The translations under genes and the position numbers were made by a program. Shown here piece by piece: positions 8,128 to 18,771 of a stretch of 64,000 bases of DNA. Under the pieces are notes generated by a model. The model made no database searches and was not told the origin of the DNA. It saw only the letters and a program-made list of their open reading frames with translations. How positions within the stretch are numbered: the first letter of the stretch is position 1; each line of letters opens with the position of its first letter. Source of the stretch: a virus; the IMG/VR virus record IMGVR_UViG_3300042562_002450, positions 96,001 to 160,000 of that record. One strand, given 5' to 3'.

Positions 8128-11070
8128 CTAATAAAAATTTGCAGCTGGTGCAGTACCCATCATTTGTACTCCATCAACAATAAATTGTCTTCTGTCTTCT
8201 ATAACCCCTATCTTAACCGCAGCATCGCCAAGTGTAAATCCACCATTTAAAGTTCTCCATGGTTTAAAATTACCTTGAGAAGTTAAATATAATGGCTTGC
8301 CAATATCTTGATCATCAAATGCTATTTCTGAAGAGTGAAGTGAAATTGACTTATGTATATCAATAGAGTCTCCAATATTGATATTAATAGTAGGATTAAC
8401 CATACCTATAACCCAAAACTTTTGATCAAGATTTGCATTAGCCTTATCGGCTTTATAAATACGACTTCTGGTTTCTCCATCTATAGCAAAACGAACTAGT
8501 TTAGTTTCATTTGCATTAAACGCTTCTCCTGCGATTCCGACTTTCCATGCTCTAGAAGACCTAGGTACAAGGACAACCTTAACAAGCAAATGACCACCAT
8601 CTACAAGTCCAACCTGAACTTCTTCGTCATTTGGAAGATAAGTAACATTTGATCTGGAAACAATAGATCCAGGATTTCTTGGATCAACAACAAGTAATGT
8701 ATCATGAGCTATGCCCAAACCTGTAAGCTTAAACTGACCCGATATGACAACAAGGCCAGTTGTTCCTACTTGTATATTCTCAGCAGCAAGACCAATACAT
8801 CTCGAAGCACTTAAACTATTTGAAGTATCACAAAGGATAACAGCGTTAGGCAAAGATGGATGCAGGGCAAGAGCTTTGCCTTTAGGAATTAGAATTCCAG
8901 TACCATTAAACATTTCGATTTTAACTACAGTTTTTGCTTCGTCAATTTCATTTAAAATGTTAATATCTTTAGCTACGTTATTCTTATATTGATGATATAT
9001 CAAATCAGAATTACTATTTACATATAATTGATTTTGATCAAGATCTCCAACTAGTGTGCTTATCTTTTGGAATAATAAACTCTTTAAATTAAAAATTTTA
9101 TTTGTTATGTTTACGCTACCAGCTATATCTAAAAGTAGATCGGTATCATAAGATAACATTTGGACTGGGCCATAAAGACCAGCTATCGAGATGATTGGTC
9201 CAGCAAGATAAGCAGATTGTAATGTTGGAACTTCAAAGCCACCTGTAACTGCTGCGGCGGCATATGTTACTCTAAAATGTATTGAACTATTTGGAGCAAT
9301 ATCTTTAAGAGCTCTGATTCTACCAATTGGCTCACCTTGTGTCTCTTCGTAATCCTTACCAACTTCTTGATATAGTCCATCTATATAGACTTCTAGTTGT
9401 CCTCTGCCTGGCTTGTATGTTTGAAGCAAACCACCAGCTCTACTATTTGACGGAAGAGTAACTAAGGCACCAGCCGCAACACCTGAGATGCCAACTAAGA
9501 CAACTTCATCATAATACGCTGCAGACATTCCCATAGTAAGGAAAGGTCTTTGATCTTCGAGTATCTCGATAGAAGAGAGAGATATACCACCAAGGCCATC
9601 TCCTTGAACAATAAACATTGCAAGTTTCATGAATGCAGAAGGGATGAAGTTAGCATATTCCGCTATAGCATCAGCTCTTAATGTTCTTTGTGGTCCATAG
9701 TAAAAATGAACAGTATCATTGTCTTTAATGTATACATTAAATATTTGCCACTTGCTTCCAAGACCTACAGCTTGAGCGTCAGAAATAAACTTAGCCTGAA
9801 TATCGATAGTAGCCCCAGCATAGCTAGAGGCTCTTTCCATTCCAATCCATGCTCCTATCTTTTCACCATCATAATTAATTGAATAACCAGGTGCAACTGT
9901 TAGTTGCTTAACCCCAGGAATAAGTTTAACTTTGAGCAAGTCAGTAAAGGTTAAATCTCCAATCCCAACATAGCCTGTTCTATTTGGCAGTTTCCAGATC
10001 TGACTTTGCGTTAATGACTGCTTGGTTAAGGTACCATTGAATGCAGTTGTTCTGTCAGACAATTCATAAGTTGTCCCTAGGACATTCCCTTGATCAGTAA
10101 CTTGAAATCCAAGTCGTTTTTGTGAATCAAGTATTTTTAAATTAGTAGAGTCATTATTTGCACCTAATTCAAAAGAATAGTTAAGTGCTGATTTACCAAG
10201 AAAATCATTAAAACTTGTGCTGTATCCAGTACCTGTTTTGTTGATAACAAGAGCATCATTTGATGATGACTCGTTGATTGTAAGACGACCAGTAAAGATG
10301 TCTGTCGAGTTTCTTAATGATCTATTAAGTGATGTTTGTGCATTTGCAGAACTATTATTTTTAACTGTTGAACTATTGCTTGCACTGTAAGCTTGAATTA
10401 ATGGTGTAGACCATGCGATCTGATTTCCATTATAATCAACTACTGTTATTGTTCTTGTTTCTGGTCCGGCTACTGTTGATTGGAATTCTACAGTATCACC
10501 TGGATTAAACCATTTAATATCTACAGCTGAGATATTTGCTTGGGTTGCCCCCGTATTAATACTTATAGGTAATACGTATTGGTTTCCAACACTAATAGCA
10601 GATGCATCATGTGCATTACTTGTTTTTTCAAGATGTGCAATTAGATTACTAAATTGCTCTGCGATGTCACCAGTTATGCTTGGGAAAAGAATACCATAAA
10701 GATTTTGAACTTGAGTTCCAAGTTCATTATGTTGAAACTCAAGGCTTGAAATTAAATTACTAAGGACTAGGTAGTCAGCATCAGTCATTGCATTAAATGC
10801 TAATTTAAGCTTTGTGATAGTGCTATTGGCAATCACTCCACCATCAATACTATTAGGAAGTAAAGAATGTGCAGTTGCTAAGTCTTTAGCTATATGCAAA
10901 GTAATTGAAGCTGAATTTGCAATTGCTTCGTTTAAAGTAGTTCCAGTCCCAGTGAATCCATTAAGCTGGTTCAACAAAGAGGCATTAACACTTAACCCTG
11001 CTAACAGATTGATTTGATCTTCTGTTGTTGTTATATTCTGGAGATCCCTCCATCGAGTTATACCACTCAT
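8128..11070 (-). CDS. Large multidomain fibre/virion protein with two DUF2190-like modules
   Basis: 980 aa; AHDASAIS motif, VYIDGLYQEVGKDY module, two C-terminal units (CIGLAAENIQVG and GIAGEAFNANE..PLYLTSQG). Confidence 0.55.
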   Translation of the reverse strand: MSGITRWRDLQNITTTEDQINLLAGLSVNASLLNQLNGFTGTGTTLNEAIANSASITLHIAKDLATAHSLLPNSIDGGVIANSTITKLKLAFNAMTDADYLVLSNLISSLEFQHNELGTQVQNLYGILFPSITGDIAEQFSNLIAHLEKTSNAHDASAISVGNQYVLPISINTGATQANISAVDIKWFNPGDTVEFQSTVAGPETRTITVVDYNGNQIAWSTPLIQAYSASNSSTVKNNSSANAQTSLNRSLRNSTDIFTGRLTINESSSNDALVINKTGTGYSTSFNDFLGKSALNYSFELGANNDSTNLKILDSQKRLGFQVTDQGNVLGTTYELSDRTTAFNGTLTKQSLTQSQIWKLPNRTGYVGIGDLTFTDLLKVKLIPGVKQLTVAPGYSINYDGEKIGAWIGMERASSYAGATIDIQAKFISDAQAVGLGSKWQIFNVYIKDNDTVHFYYGPQRTLRADAIAEYANFIPSAFMKLAMFIVQGDGLGGISLSSIEILEDQRPFLTMGMSAAYYDEVVLVGISGVAAGALVTLPSNSRAGGLLQTYKPGRGQLEVYIDGLYQEVGKDYEETQGEPIGRIRALKDIAPNSSIHFRVTYAAAAVTGGFEVPTLQSAYLAGPIISIAGLYGPVQMLSYDTDLLLDIAGSVNITNKIFNLKSLLFQKISTLVGDLDQNQLYVNSNSDLIYHQYKNNVAKDINILNEIDEAKTVVKIEMFNGTGILIPKGKALALHPSLPNAVILCDTSNSLSASRCIGLAAENIQVGTTGLVVISGQFKLTGLGIAHDTLLVVDPRNPGSIVSRSNVTYLPNDEEVQVGLVDGGHLLVKVVLVPRSSRAWKVGIAGEAFNANETKLVRFAIDGETRSRIYKADKANANLDQKFWVIGMVNPTININIGDSIDIHKSISLHSSEIAFDDQDIGKPLYLTSQGNFKPWRTLNGGFTLGDAAVKIGVIEDRRQFIVDGVQMMGTAPAANFY

Positions 11071-12023
11071 TATTTCTCTCCAGTAATGTCAATATCATAA
11101 TGAATCCAGATCATATCATCTGACCCGTTTGTATCGCTTTCTAATGCAGGCCTTATTGATGTAATCGTAAAGCCCTTATTGTTTGGATGTTCTGTATAGA
11201 ACTTTGATTTCTTCTGCTCTACTCCATTGATTAAAACCTTCAAAGAACCAGGATTAAATTCTTCACCAGAAGGAAGATAGTAATCTCTATTAGTTCCATC
11301 AAGAGCACCAATTGGAGTTACATGATATCTATGCTCATGGAACTTAAGATGCCTATGATCCATTGAGTTAAAATCAGAGTTATAATTATGAGAATCTTGT
11401 ATAGCTTTGATCTGATCGAAAAGAGAATGGATAAGAGACTGAGTCCCATTTCCTTGCAAGTAAGAGCTACTTCCAGACACGTCTAATGCTAATTGATCAA
11501 TAAATCTTGAGTGACTACTAATCGCTCCATCTATAGAAGAAGGGCTTGATTCTGTCCCAGGGTTGAATATTCTAGATCCAATTGCTTGTTTTTGTCGTGG
11601 CGTTAAACCACTGTTCTTATTTGTCTGTGCAATTTTTATATCTAAATCTTGAATGTTTTGGTTCAACTGATTTTGAATTTTATTGAATGTTTCTTTTATT
11701 GTTAAGGGTCTTCTTGAATCATCATTGTAGAATCGACCATTGTCAGAGACTGAGGTAGAGGTTAAGTCTGTAAAAAATTGACTACCATCAAAACCATTAA
11801 GAAATGGATTTGGTGTAGAAGTTCTATTATCTTTAATTACACCAATAGAACCTGTAGGTAAAGTATCTATTAATGGTTGTAGTTGCGTATTCCATGCAAT
11901 ACTGATTTGAGCTAAAGAATTCTTTATCTCTTCCATTGTGGCGTTATAGTCTGCAGAAGATGTTGGCCCCTTATTTGGAGCAATCCTTTCCGTCAAACCT
12001 ACATCTATCTTATTTAATGCCAT
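11070..12023 (-). CDS. Virion structural protein (helical N-terminus plus beta module)
   Basis: 317 aa; C-terminal GSLKVLINGVEQKKSKFYTE module. Confidence 0.5.
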   Translation of the reverse strand: MALNKIDVGLTERIAPNKGPTSSADYNATMEEIKNSLAQISIAWNTQLQPLIDTLPTGSIGVIKDNRTSTPNPFLNGFDGSQFFTDLTSTSVSDNGRFYNDDSRRPLTIKETFNKIQNQLNQNIQDLDIKIAQTNKNSGLTPRQKQAIGSRIFNPGTESSPSSIDGAISSHSRFIDQLALDVSGSSSYLQGNGTQSLIHSLFDQIKAIQDSHNYNSDFNSMDHRHLKFHEHRYHVTPIGALDGTNRDYYLPSGEEFNPGSLKVLINGVEQKKSKFYTEHPNNKGFTITSIRPALESDTNGSDDMIWIHYDIDITGEK

Positions 12024-12034
12024 ATCTTCCCTAA

Positions 12035-14119
12035 CTATCTAATCTTAACTAAATATTCAGTTAAGATAGGTGATACATTGTTATTCGTTGTTTCAAGGAT
12101 TGCCTTAAAAATCAAACCCTTAATGTTCTCAGCACTATGTAGCTTTGTTATTATAGAGAATGTTTCATTGTTTATCAATCCAATATCTGGATCCGACTTT
12201 ACAATAATACGTTCTTGATTAGTATTATCTATTTTATAGGAGAAAACATCAAGTTCATTTTTAGCTTTTGATACAAAAGTATCGAAATTAAACTCTCTCA
12301 TCTTAATTGCCCAGCAATTCCTAGGATTACTAGAATAGATCCCAGATTTATCAATAATTTTAAGTAGAGTGGTATCATCAATAACTTGAGATAGACTCCT
12401 CCCATAGAGTGTTTGGCCAATGCCTTCAATCAAATATTTATGATTATATGGATATAAAGGATCTACAGATTGAGTTGATGCTACAGGCAATGAAGATAAG
12501 TCAATTGACTTCCAATTGTCCCTATGCGTCACTATGAAGTTCAGGCCCTTAGCTATGCCAACTTTACCATTAACTTTTTTATTATTAATGAAAATTTCAG
12601 TTGAGCCAGTATCAATAAGTATTCCATCTTCATCTTCCACTAAGAGATATGTTGAATAGTAAGAACCATCGAATGCCCAACCAGTTTGAGTCTTAAGATT
12701 CTCTAAGCCAAGACTTAGTTGAGAGTTCTGATCTAATCCATTCCTTAGAAGGGTAGTTTGGCTTTTTGAGTATCCAGAAGGAAGCACCGTGTCTAGGCAG
12801 AAATCATATTGCGCTTTGTCTTTATAGCTTAGACTTTCCTTAAGATTTAAATTATTAATTACAGGAAAGCTTGAAACATTTAAAAAGTCGAAAACAACAA
12901 GATCTTTGTCTGCAAAATTTAATGGATAATAAGTAAGATCCAAGATGCTTTTTATTTGATTATTAATATCTTCTAGCTCACTTTCATAGACTGGAGCTAG
13001 TGAGTATTTAATAGAAGATTCTGATGGCTTAGAGTCACAAATCTTAACACTAGCAATCTTTATATTATTTTTAAAAACAATAGGTTTTGAATAAAAGTAA
13101 CCAAGATCATTTCTTGATATCTTATTGTATTTTTTACCATAAAAAGAAACAGATCTAAGCCCGAAGTTATAAACATAAGAGTCAGAAAAGAATCCATCAT
13201 TCCCAAATTTTGTAAGCCTAATTTTCCAGTATTCTGACTTTAATCCTTTGAAAGATAAAGATGTAAGATTCTGAAGTCTCTTCTTATTTTCACCATCTGG
13301 AATAAGCCAGTTGAGTCCATCATTAGAATAATAAATTTCTAGATTAACTTGAGTTCTTAAATCTACAGAATAAGGATCGAATACAATCTTATTAACTTCA
13401 ACTTCTGAAGAGGGAACTCTGATTATAATATCAACATAAACTGATGACAAAGCTTCTGATGCTGATATTTGATGCATCCAAACTTTGTTACTTCCTTTTA
13501 CTATATTCTCAATTCCCATCTCTCCAACATCTACTGAGTTGCTTATTCTAGGATTGACCTCAGCTAAAAGCCGAATATCTACAGCACTAGTAGCAAGGTC
13601 TATGCCGTACTGCTCTTTACTTTGTAAGCTAACTTCCCCTAATGCTAAATTGGCATCTATCGTTGAATTCTTAATATCAACCATATCTTTAGATGAAAAC
13701 TTTTCATAAAAAAGCTCTTCATGAGTATCTGTGTTCTTTGATTCAAAAAGAACTTTCTCAACATTTTTTTTGATTGTATCTATCTTGTTCTGAAGACTTT
13801 TAAGTTTTGAAAAACTAGTATCATATAGATCGGAAACTTTATTTTCCTGATCTAGGACAGCATTAATGCAAGTATTTAAATCTAACTCTATAGCTTCAAA
13901 TGTCTGATTACTTTTTGAGGCAGAAGATATCTCTCCTTCTTCAATGTAGTAATTAGTTCCTGCTAAGATTGGATTTTGAAATTGATTACTTTTCAAAGCA
14001 AAAGCATTTATCTTTTCTTCTATTTGTAATTGAGTTGGGATCTTTGAACTTTTAAGAAAATCTTTTAAGATCTTGCCTTTCATGAATTCATAATAAAAAG
14101 CAGAAATTGAATATTTCAC
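12035..14119 (-). CDS. Baseplate-periphery structural protein, paralog 3 of trio
   Basis: 694 aa, GTG start overlapping upstream TGA; helical N-terminus followed by discoidin/galactose-binding-like domain (IENIVKG..VWMH..IEIYYSNDGLNW). Confidence 0.55.
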   Translation of the reverse strand: MKYSISAFYYEFMKGKILKDFLKSSKIPTQLQIEEKINAFALKSNQFQNPILAGTNYYIEEGEISSASKSNQTFEAIELDLNTCINAVLDQENKVSDLYDTSFSKLKSLQNKIDTIKKNVEKVLFESKNTDTHEELFYEKFSSKDMVDIKNSTIDANLALGEVSLQSKEQYGIDLATSAVDIRLLAEVNPRISNSVDVGEMGIENIVKGSNKVWMHQISASEALSSVYVDIIIRVPSSEVEVNKIVFDPYSVDLRTQVNLEIYYSNDGLNWLIPDGENKKRLQNLTSLSFKGLKSEYWKIRLTKFGNDGFFSDSYVYNFGLRSVSFYGKKYNKISRNDLGYFYSKPIVFKNNIKIASVKICDSKPSESSIKYSLAPVYESELEDINNQIKSILDLTYYPLNFADKDLVVFDFLNVSSFPVINNLNLKESLSYKDKAQYDFCLDTVLPSGYSKSQTTLLRNGLDQNSQLSLGLENLKTQTGWAFDGSYYSTYLLVEDEDGILIDTGSTEIFINNKKVNGKVGIAKGLNFIVTHRDNWKSIDLSSLPVASTQSVDPLYPYNHKYLIEGIGQTLYGRSLSQVIDDTTLLKIIDKSGIYSSNPRNCWAIKMREFNFDTFVSKAKNELDVFSYKIDNTNQERIIVKSDPDIGLINNETFSIITKLHSAENIKGLIFKAILETTNNNVSPILTEYLVKIR

Positions 14120-16875
14120 AAAGATTCCTTCGGAGTTGTAATAAGATTGTATTCCATAATAAATGGAGTAACATAAGGAAGCAAGTCAGATAATGATTCT
14201 TTGATTTCTTCAGTGTATGAATACTCAACTTTAAGAAGAGAAGACAATGAAGGATCATCAAAAGATGAATTAAAAAAATCACTAACAAACTTTTCGCTAA
14301 ACTCTAACTCTTGGTTATCTCTACGAATAACATAGCTTGTTTCTGGAATCTTAGAAACAATATTATACTCTGCATAATAATTACTATTAATTAGTATCCC
14401 AGAGAAAGTTCCACTTTCTTTTTCTTGTAAGTAAACAATACCATTCTTGTAATCAATAGCATATCTTCCACTTGATCCTAGTTCGTTGAACTTCTTTTCC
14501 ATTTCAGAATACTGGACTTCTTCTTTCATTGTAGAAGGAATTTCAATAAAAGAAACTGTTTTTTCTTCTATGTTTTTAAATCCAAGATTAACAGCATAAG
14601 TATCTACAGGTGCGATAATCTTAAAAGTTCTATTCTCTTTCTTTAAGATTTCTGTTGTAATTAACTCTCCATCATTTAAGTCAAAAGAGATCGGATTCTT
14701 TTTCTTATATGAGATGTTAACTCTAACTTCATCAGTTGAGCTTAATGGCTTATACGTATATAAGATCCCTCTTTTTTTATCAATTGAGTAATCTCCATTA
14801 GAAAATAATTCTAATACCCCATTGATATAGTCCTTTTCAGATAAAAGAACAGATTCCGTATCAGCAAGAACGCTAACAGACTGAACTTCAGAAAGACCTG
14901 TCCTATGAACAGACGCTAGGTTCCTTAGTTTGAATACTGACTCGGATATACTTTCATCTATGGAATAGATTGAGATATTATCCTTAATAGCATCATGTCT
15001 AAAATTAGTCTTAATTAAAGTACCTTTCTCTCTAGGAGAAAGAGTTACATTTTCTCTTTTTAATTTAAAGAATATATCACCGCTTGGCTTTTTCCCAAGT
15101 CTTGCTGAGTTTTCTTCTTTATGAAATGTTGCAATATTATTTAGATAATCAAACTCATAGACTAGTGAGTTTACATTATGAGATGGTAAGAACTTATCAA
15201 CTCTAGTCCAAAGATAATTATCAATAAATAATTCTTCTTGATCTATCTGAATAGAATCAAGACCAAAAACATCTAATGGCATCTGTACAAGATACCTATC
15301 TGTTAATTCTTTAACTAAGTTAGCTTTTACTTTTAAGTATGTATCTTTTCCTACAGATCCAAAGTTTGTTCTGTATAAAAAGACTTGACCAAATGGCTTC
15401 TGGTTAAGAGATAAGATTTTAGATCCAATAGGAATACTTTTAAATTCAACTTGTTTTTTTGTTATTGGACTAGAGAGTACAGAAGCACCGTCTTCACTTT
15501 CTTTTATTGAGAAATCAGCTTTAAGTTTAACAGAAATTATTGGAAAATCTGTCTTTTTTGAATCAACTAGGTAATCAACATTATATGTTAATATCTCTGG
15601 AATCTTATCTTTTATTTTTTGGGTTGGAGAAATCTCCTCCCAATTAAGTCCATCATCCACTGAGATAAAATAGTCGAATTTGCTTTCAAATCCAGCAGGA
15701 GAATATTCTTTTGTAAACAAGCCTATTTTAGATATTTCTTTATTTGAAAGAAATGTTGTTGTTACAAGTTGTCCCTCGTTCTTATATTTTTGAGATTTTA
15801 TTTTAATTTCTCTAAGCCCGATTGCTCTTCTGTATTTAGTTCCTGAAGATGTTCTTATGAAATAAGAGCTATCTTCAATAAGTTTAATTGATAAGAATTT
15901 AATTTTTTTTGGATAGAAATATAATAAATTTTCTGAATTTGGATTCTCTAGATTATTTCCTAGTTGTATAATTGAATTTCCAATTGAATCAAACCCTTGA
16001 TCTCCAAGATATAACTTTTTCAAATCAAAAAAAGATGAACCATCAACTGAACCTTTAATCTCAAGGATAGCAGGAGATGAGCCATTAGGCATTTGGACTG
16101 TTGCAATATCTAAAAGATTAAAAAATATTTCTTTTTCAAGTTCTAGTTTTAAATTCAAAACAGTAGGAGCTTCAAGTTCATTTGTTCCTACTTGTTCGAA
16201 CTCGAACCACGTATCGTTAGATCCATCAATTGCAAGTCTTAAAGCATCTCTCGCTAGAGAGTTTAGCTCTTGGTTGTTTCCTGATGTTCCTATGCTATCC
16301 TCTACTATATTTAATCGTAAGACTTTAGCAGACTCAGCTTCTTTATTTAGTGGGAGTACAGCATTACTATTAAAGATATCAATAAAAGCTTTTTCTTTTG
16401 TGAACTTAGTTTTGTCATTTTCTATCTTATAAAGATTAAAGAAAGAATCAGAAAAAAGAGGTGAAAACTTATTTGTATTCTGAATTTTATAGTCTATAAG
16501 CTTTGATGATGCTTCCGCTATATCGGACTTGAGCTTAAGGCTCATGCCTGACAATGTATTGTAATTGCTTGATAAGACATCTCTAATACTTGATAGTGTC
16601 TGATAAAGAATATTTAAATCATTATAAGCATTATAGTAATTATTATTTATTTTAACTATATCGGGATTTGATCCTTCGAGAATAGAGCTATGTTTAAATA
16701 TGCTTCTATTAAGATTACTATAGTATTCTTTTGTTACCTTATTAAAGGCAGATGAAATATCTTCCTTTGTTGAAAGTCCCAATACTCCTAGCTCACTGTT
16801 CAGATCATTTAGAATTGTTCTTAGTTTAATATCTAAGTAGATTCCAGAATGTGATGTCTCTATTTTATTTGTCAT
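14116..16875 (-). CDS. Baseplate-periphery structural protein, paralog 2 of trio
   Basis: 919 aa; LRLAIDGSNDTWFE discoidin-like domain; YFISVDDGLNWEEI; repeated YxIDxKxGIxY units. Confidence 0.55.
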   Translation of the reverse strand: MTNKIETSHSGIYLDIKLRTILNDLNSELGVLGLSTKEDISSAFNKVTKEYYSNLNRSIFKHSSILEGSNPDIVKINNNYYNAYNDLNILYQTLSSIRDVLSSNYNTLSGMSLKLKSDIAEASSKLIDYKIQNTNKFSPLFSDSFFNLYKIENDKTKFTKEKAFIDIFNSNAVLPLNKEAESAKVLRLNIVEDSIGTSGNNQELNSLARDALRLAIDGSNDTWFEFEQVGTNELEAPTVLNLKLELEKEIFFNLLDIATVQMPNGSSPAILEIKGSVDGSSFFDLKKLYLGDQGFDSIGNSIIQLGNNLENPNSENLLYFYPKKIKFLSIKLIEDSSYFIRTSSGTKYRRAIGLREIKIKSQKYKNEGQLVTTTFLSNKEISKIGLFTKEYSPAGFESKFDYFISVDDGLNWEEISPTQKIKDKIPEILTYNVDYLVDSKKTDFPIISVKLKADFSIKESEDGASVLSSPITKKQVEFKSIPIGSKILSLNQKPFGQVFLYRTNFGSVGKDTYLKVKANLVKELTDRYLVQMPLDVFGLDSIQIDQEELFIDNYLWTRVDKFLPSHNVNSLVYEFDYLNNIATFHKEENSARLGKKPSGDIFFKLKRENVTLSPREKGTLIKTNFRHDAIKDNISIYSIDESISESVFKLRNLASVHRTGLSEVQSVSVLADTESVLLSEKDYINGVLELFSNGDYSIDKKRGILYTYKPLSSTDEVRVNISYKKKNPISFDLNDGELITTEILKKENRTFKIIAPVDTYAVNLGFKNIEEKTVSFIEIPSTMKEEVQYSEMEKKFNELGSSGRYAIDYKNGIVYLQEKESGTFSGILINSNYYAEYNIVSKIPETSYVIRRDNQELEFSEKFVSDFFNSSFDDPSLSSLLKVEYSYTEEIKESLSDLLPYVTPFIMEYNLITTPKESL

Positions 16876-18771
16876 CTATTCTTCCTTACCAGCTAAACGA
16901 TAATAATCCAGATATGGAGTTAGAAAACTAGTCTCAACATGATTCCTAATAATAACATGCACGTAGACATCTGTCTTTGTGATTTCTTGTCCTCTAATAG
17001 TATCTGGAGTAAGTATAGAGTTATTTTCTAAAAATCTAACATTATTGTCAATCACTAGTTCTTCTGGTTCTAAGATATATCTAGGAGTATATTTTGCTGT
17101 ATAAATTCCATTAATAATCTGGTCTGCTCTATGCATCAATTCAATGGCTGTCTTGTTTTCTGTTTCAAGAACGAATGGACTATTAGATGCAAGATCTTGT
17201 CTTTTATTAAATTTCCAGTCAACTCCTCTAATTAGGAGTTCTCCATTCCTGTAGAGCTCTATATTTGAGCCATCTCCATCTTTCTTATGAGCAAGGAATC
17301 TTAATCCAACTATGGATGTCTTTTCAAAATAAAGTCTTTCATTTGGTACTTCTAATGTCCCAATTGGCAAAATGTTAATAAAAGAAGTCTTCATTAGATT
17401 TCCATTAGAATCATAGTCTTTTTTGAATAAGCTATATTCGATTGAACCAGAAAGGATCTCTTGATTTGTTTCCCAGTGTTTTGCAGTTGGTATCATATCT
17501 TTAACATATAAACCAAGATTCCTTAGTGACTTAAACTCTTCAGGCTTAGATACATAAATGCCTTTGTTCTTATAACTATCATTTGATACTGTTATGGAAT
17601 TTAAAAGAAAAGAATAATGATACATTAAAACTGAATCTTCTAATCTTTTTTGCTCTAGACCAAGAATGTTTTTAACATTTGGGTCTTTTATTGACTCTCT
17701 AACCTGGGTGTCTATTGAGTCTAAACTTAGAGGTAAGCTTGGCTTCCTTTGCAGTTCAGCTAATGTTATTGGCTTTAATGGATTGAATGGAACTACCTGA
17801 CTAACGTCTTGTTTGAAAACAAAGAACAAACCTTTAGAAACTCTTTTTCTGAAAAGAATAGTTTTTGTTTCTGAAAGAATTCCTTTCTCTATTTCTATAC
17901 TTTCTTTTATATTATTACTGTCTAGAGTGTAGACCTCATCTAAGTAAGCAGGATCACTAGAGTTTGGTGAGATGGTTACTGAGTTAAATTCCTTAATGTC
18001 TCCAAAGTCTAATGCGATGACTAGCTTTGCTGGCTCTTTTAATTGTTTTCTAACTAAGACAGAATAACCCCAAGACTGAATAAAAGAAGGACTAACAATA
18101 TTTAGAATATCATTACCTGGATATGAGATGTCATGCTCAGAAGTAGTTGTCTGTTCTGCGACTACTCTAACTTCTGGAATAGCAATATTTACTCCATTAA
18201 ATTTTGGAAGAGATAGCTTCCCTTGTTTTGTATCTATACTACAAAGACTAATAAGATCTCCACGTTTTGCCATAGGGAAATCATAATAAAACTCTTTTGC
18301 AGAGTTATTTAAAAAATCAAGTTTATAAGATCCATCAATGAATGTATTATGATATATCTGATTAAATGCATTACTCGGAGAAGTTTCAATCTTTGCTGAT
18401 TCTAGATTCTGCTCTAATCTTTTGATTAAGAGCTCAGCCTCTGTGACTCCTCTTTCGAAAAAAATCTCTTGAGACTTTATCTTTGAAAATACATAATTTA
18501 TTTCCTGAAAGAGAACTTCAATGTCAGCTAATATTTCATCATTATTATTATTAAAGACTTCAGAATAAGCAATTCCAGGAGAAAGAAGTAAAGGAACAAA
18601 AAGAGGCTGATTGGCTGTTGACGCCACCTCTACTAAGTTATTCTTTAAGTCTTGTTTAAATTCTAATTCATTCCTATAAAAGCCTTGATCTTTCTTTTTT
18701 GAAAGCTTTCTTAATACTTGATTTCCTTGCAAGCTACCAATGAGTGAGCCAATACTCTCTAGTATCTTCAT
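16876..18771 (-). CDS. Baseplate-periphery structural protein, paralog 1 of trio
   Basis: 631 aa; same helical plus discoidin-like layout (ILNIVSPSFIQSWGY..LVIALDFGDIKEFNSVTISP). Confidence 0.55.
   Translation of the reverse strand: MKILESIGSLIGSLQGNQVLRKLSKKKDQGFYRNELEFKQDLKNNLVEVASTANQPLFVPLLLSPGIAYSEVFNNNNDEILADIEVLFQEINYVFSKIKSQEIFFERGVTEAELLIKRLEQNLESAKIETSPSNAFNQIYHNTFIDGSYKLDFLNNSAKEFYYDFPMAKRGDLISLCSIDTKQGKLSLPKFNGVNIAIPEVRVVAEQTTTSEHDISYPGNDILNIVSPSFIQSWGYSVLVRKQLKEPAKLVIALDFGDIKEFNSVTISPNSSDPAYLDEVYTLDSNNIKESIEIEKGILSETKTILFRKRVSKGLFFVFKQDVSQVVPFNPLKPITLAELQRKPSLPLSLDSIDTQVRESIKDPNVKNILGLEQKRLEDSVLMYHYSFLLNSITVSNDSYKNKGIYVSKPEEFKSLRNLGLYVKDMIPTAKHWETNQEILSGSIEYSLFKKDYDSNGNLMKTSFINILPIGTLEVPNERLYFEKTSIVGLRFLAHKKDGDGSNIELYRNGELLIRGVDWKFNKRQDLASNSPFVLETENKTAIELMHRADQIINGIYTAKYTPRYILEPEELVIDNNVRFLENNSILTPDTIRGQEITKTDVYVHVIIRNHVETSFLTPYLDYYRLAGKEE

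Noticed and set aside
16873-16878. In-frame TAG-ATG between the 631 and 919 aa genes as read-through site
   Set aside because: A TAA-ATG junction also occurs at 5935-5930; simple abutting genes are sufficient.
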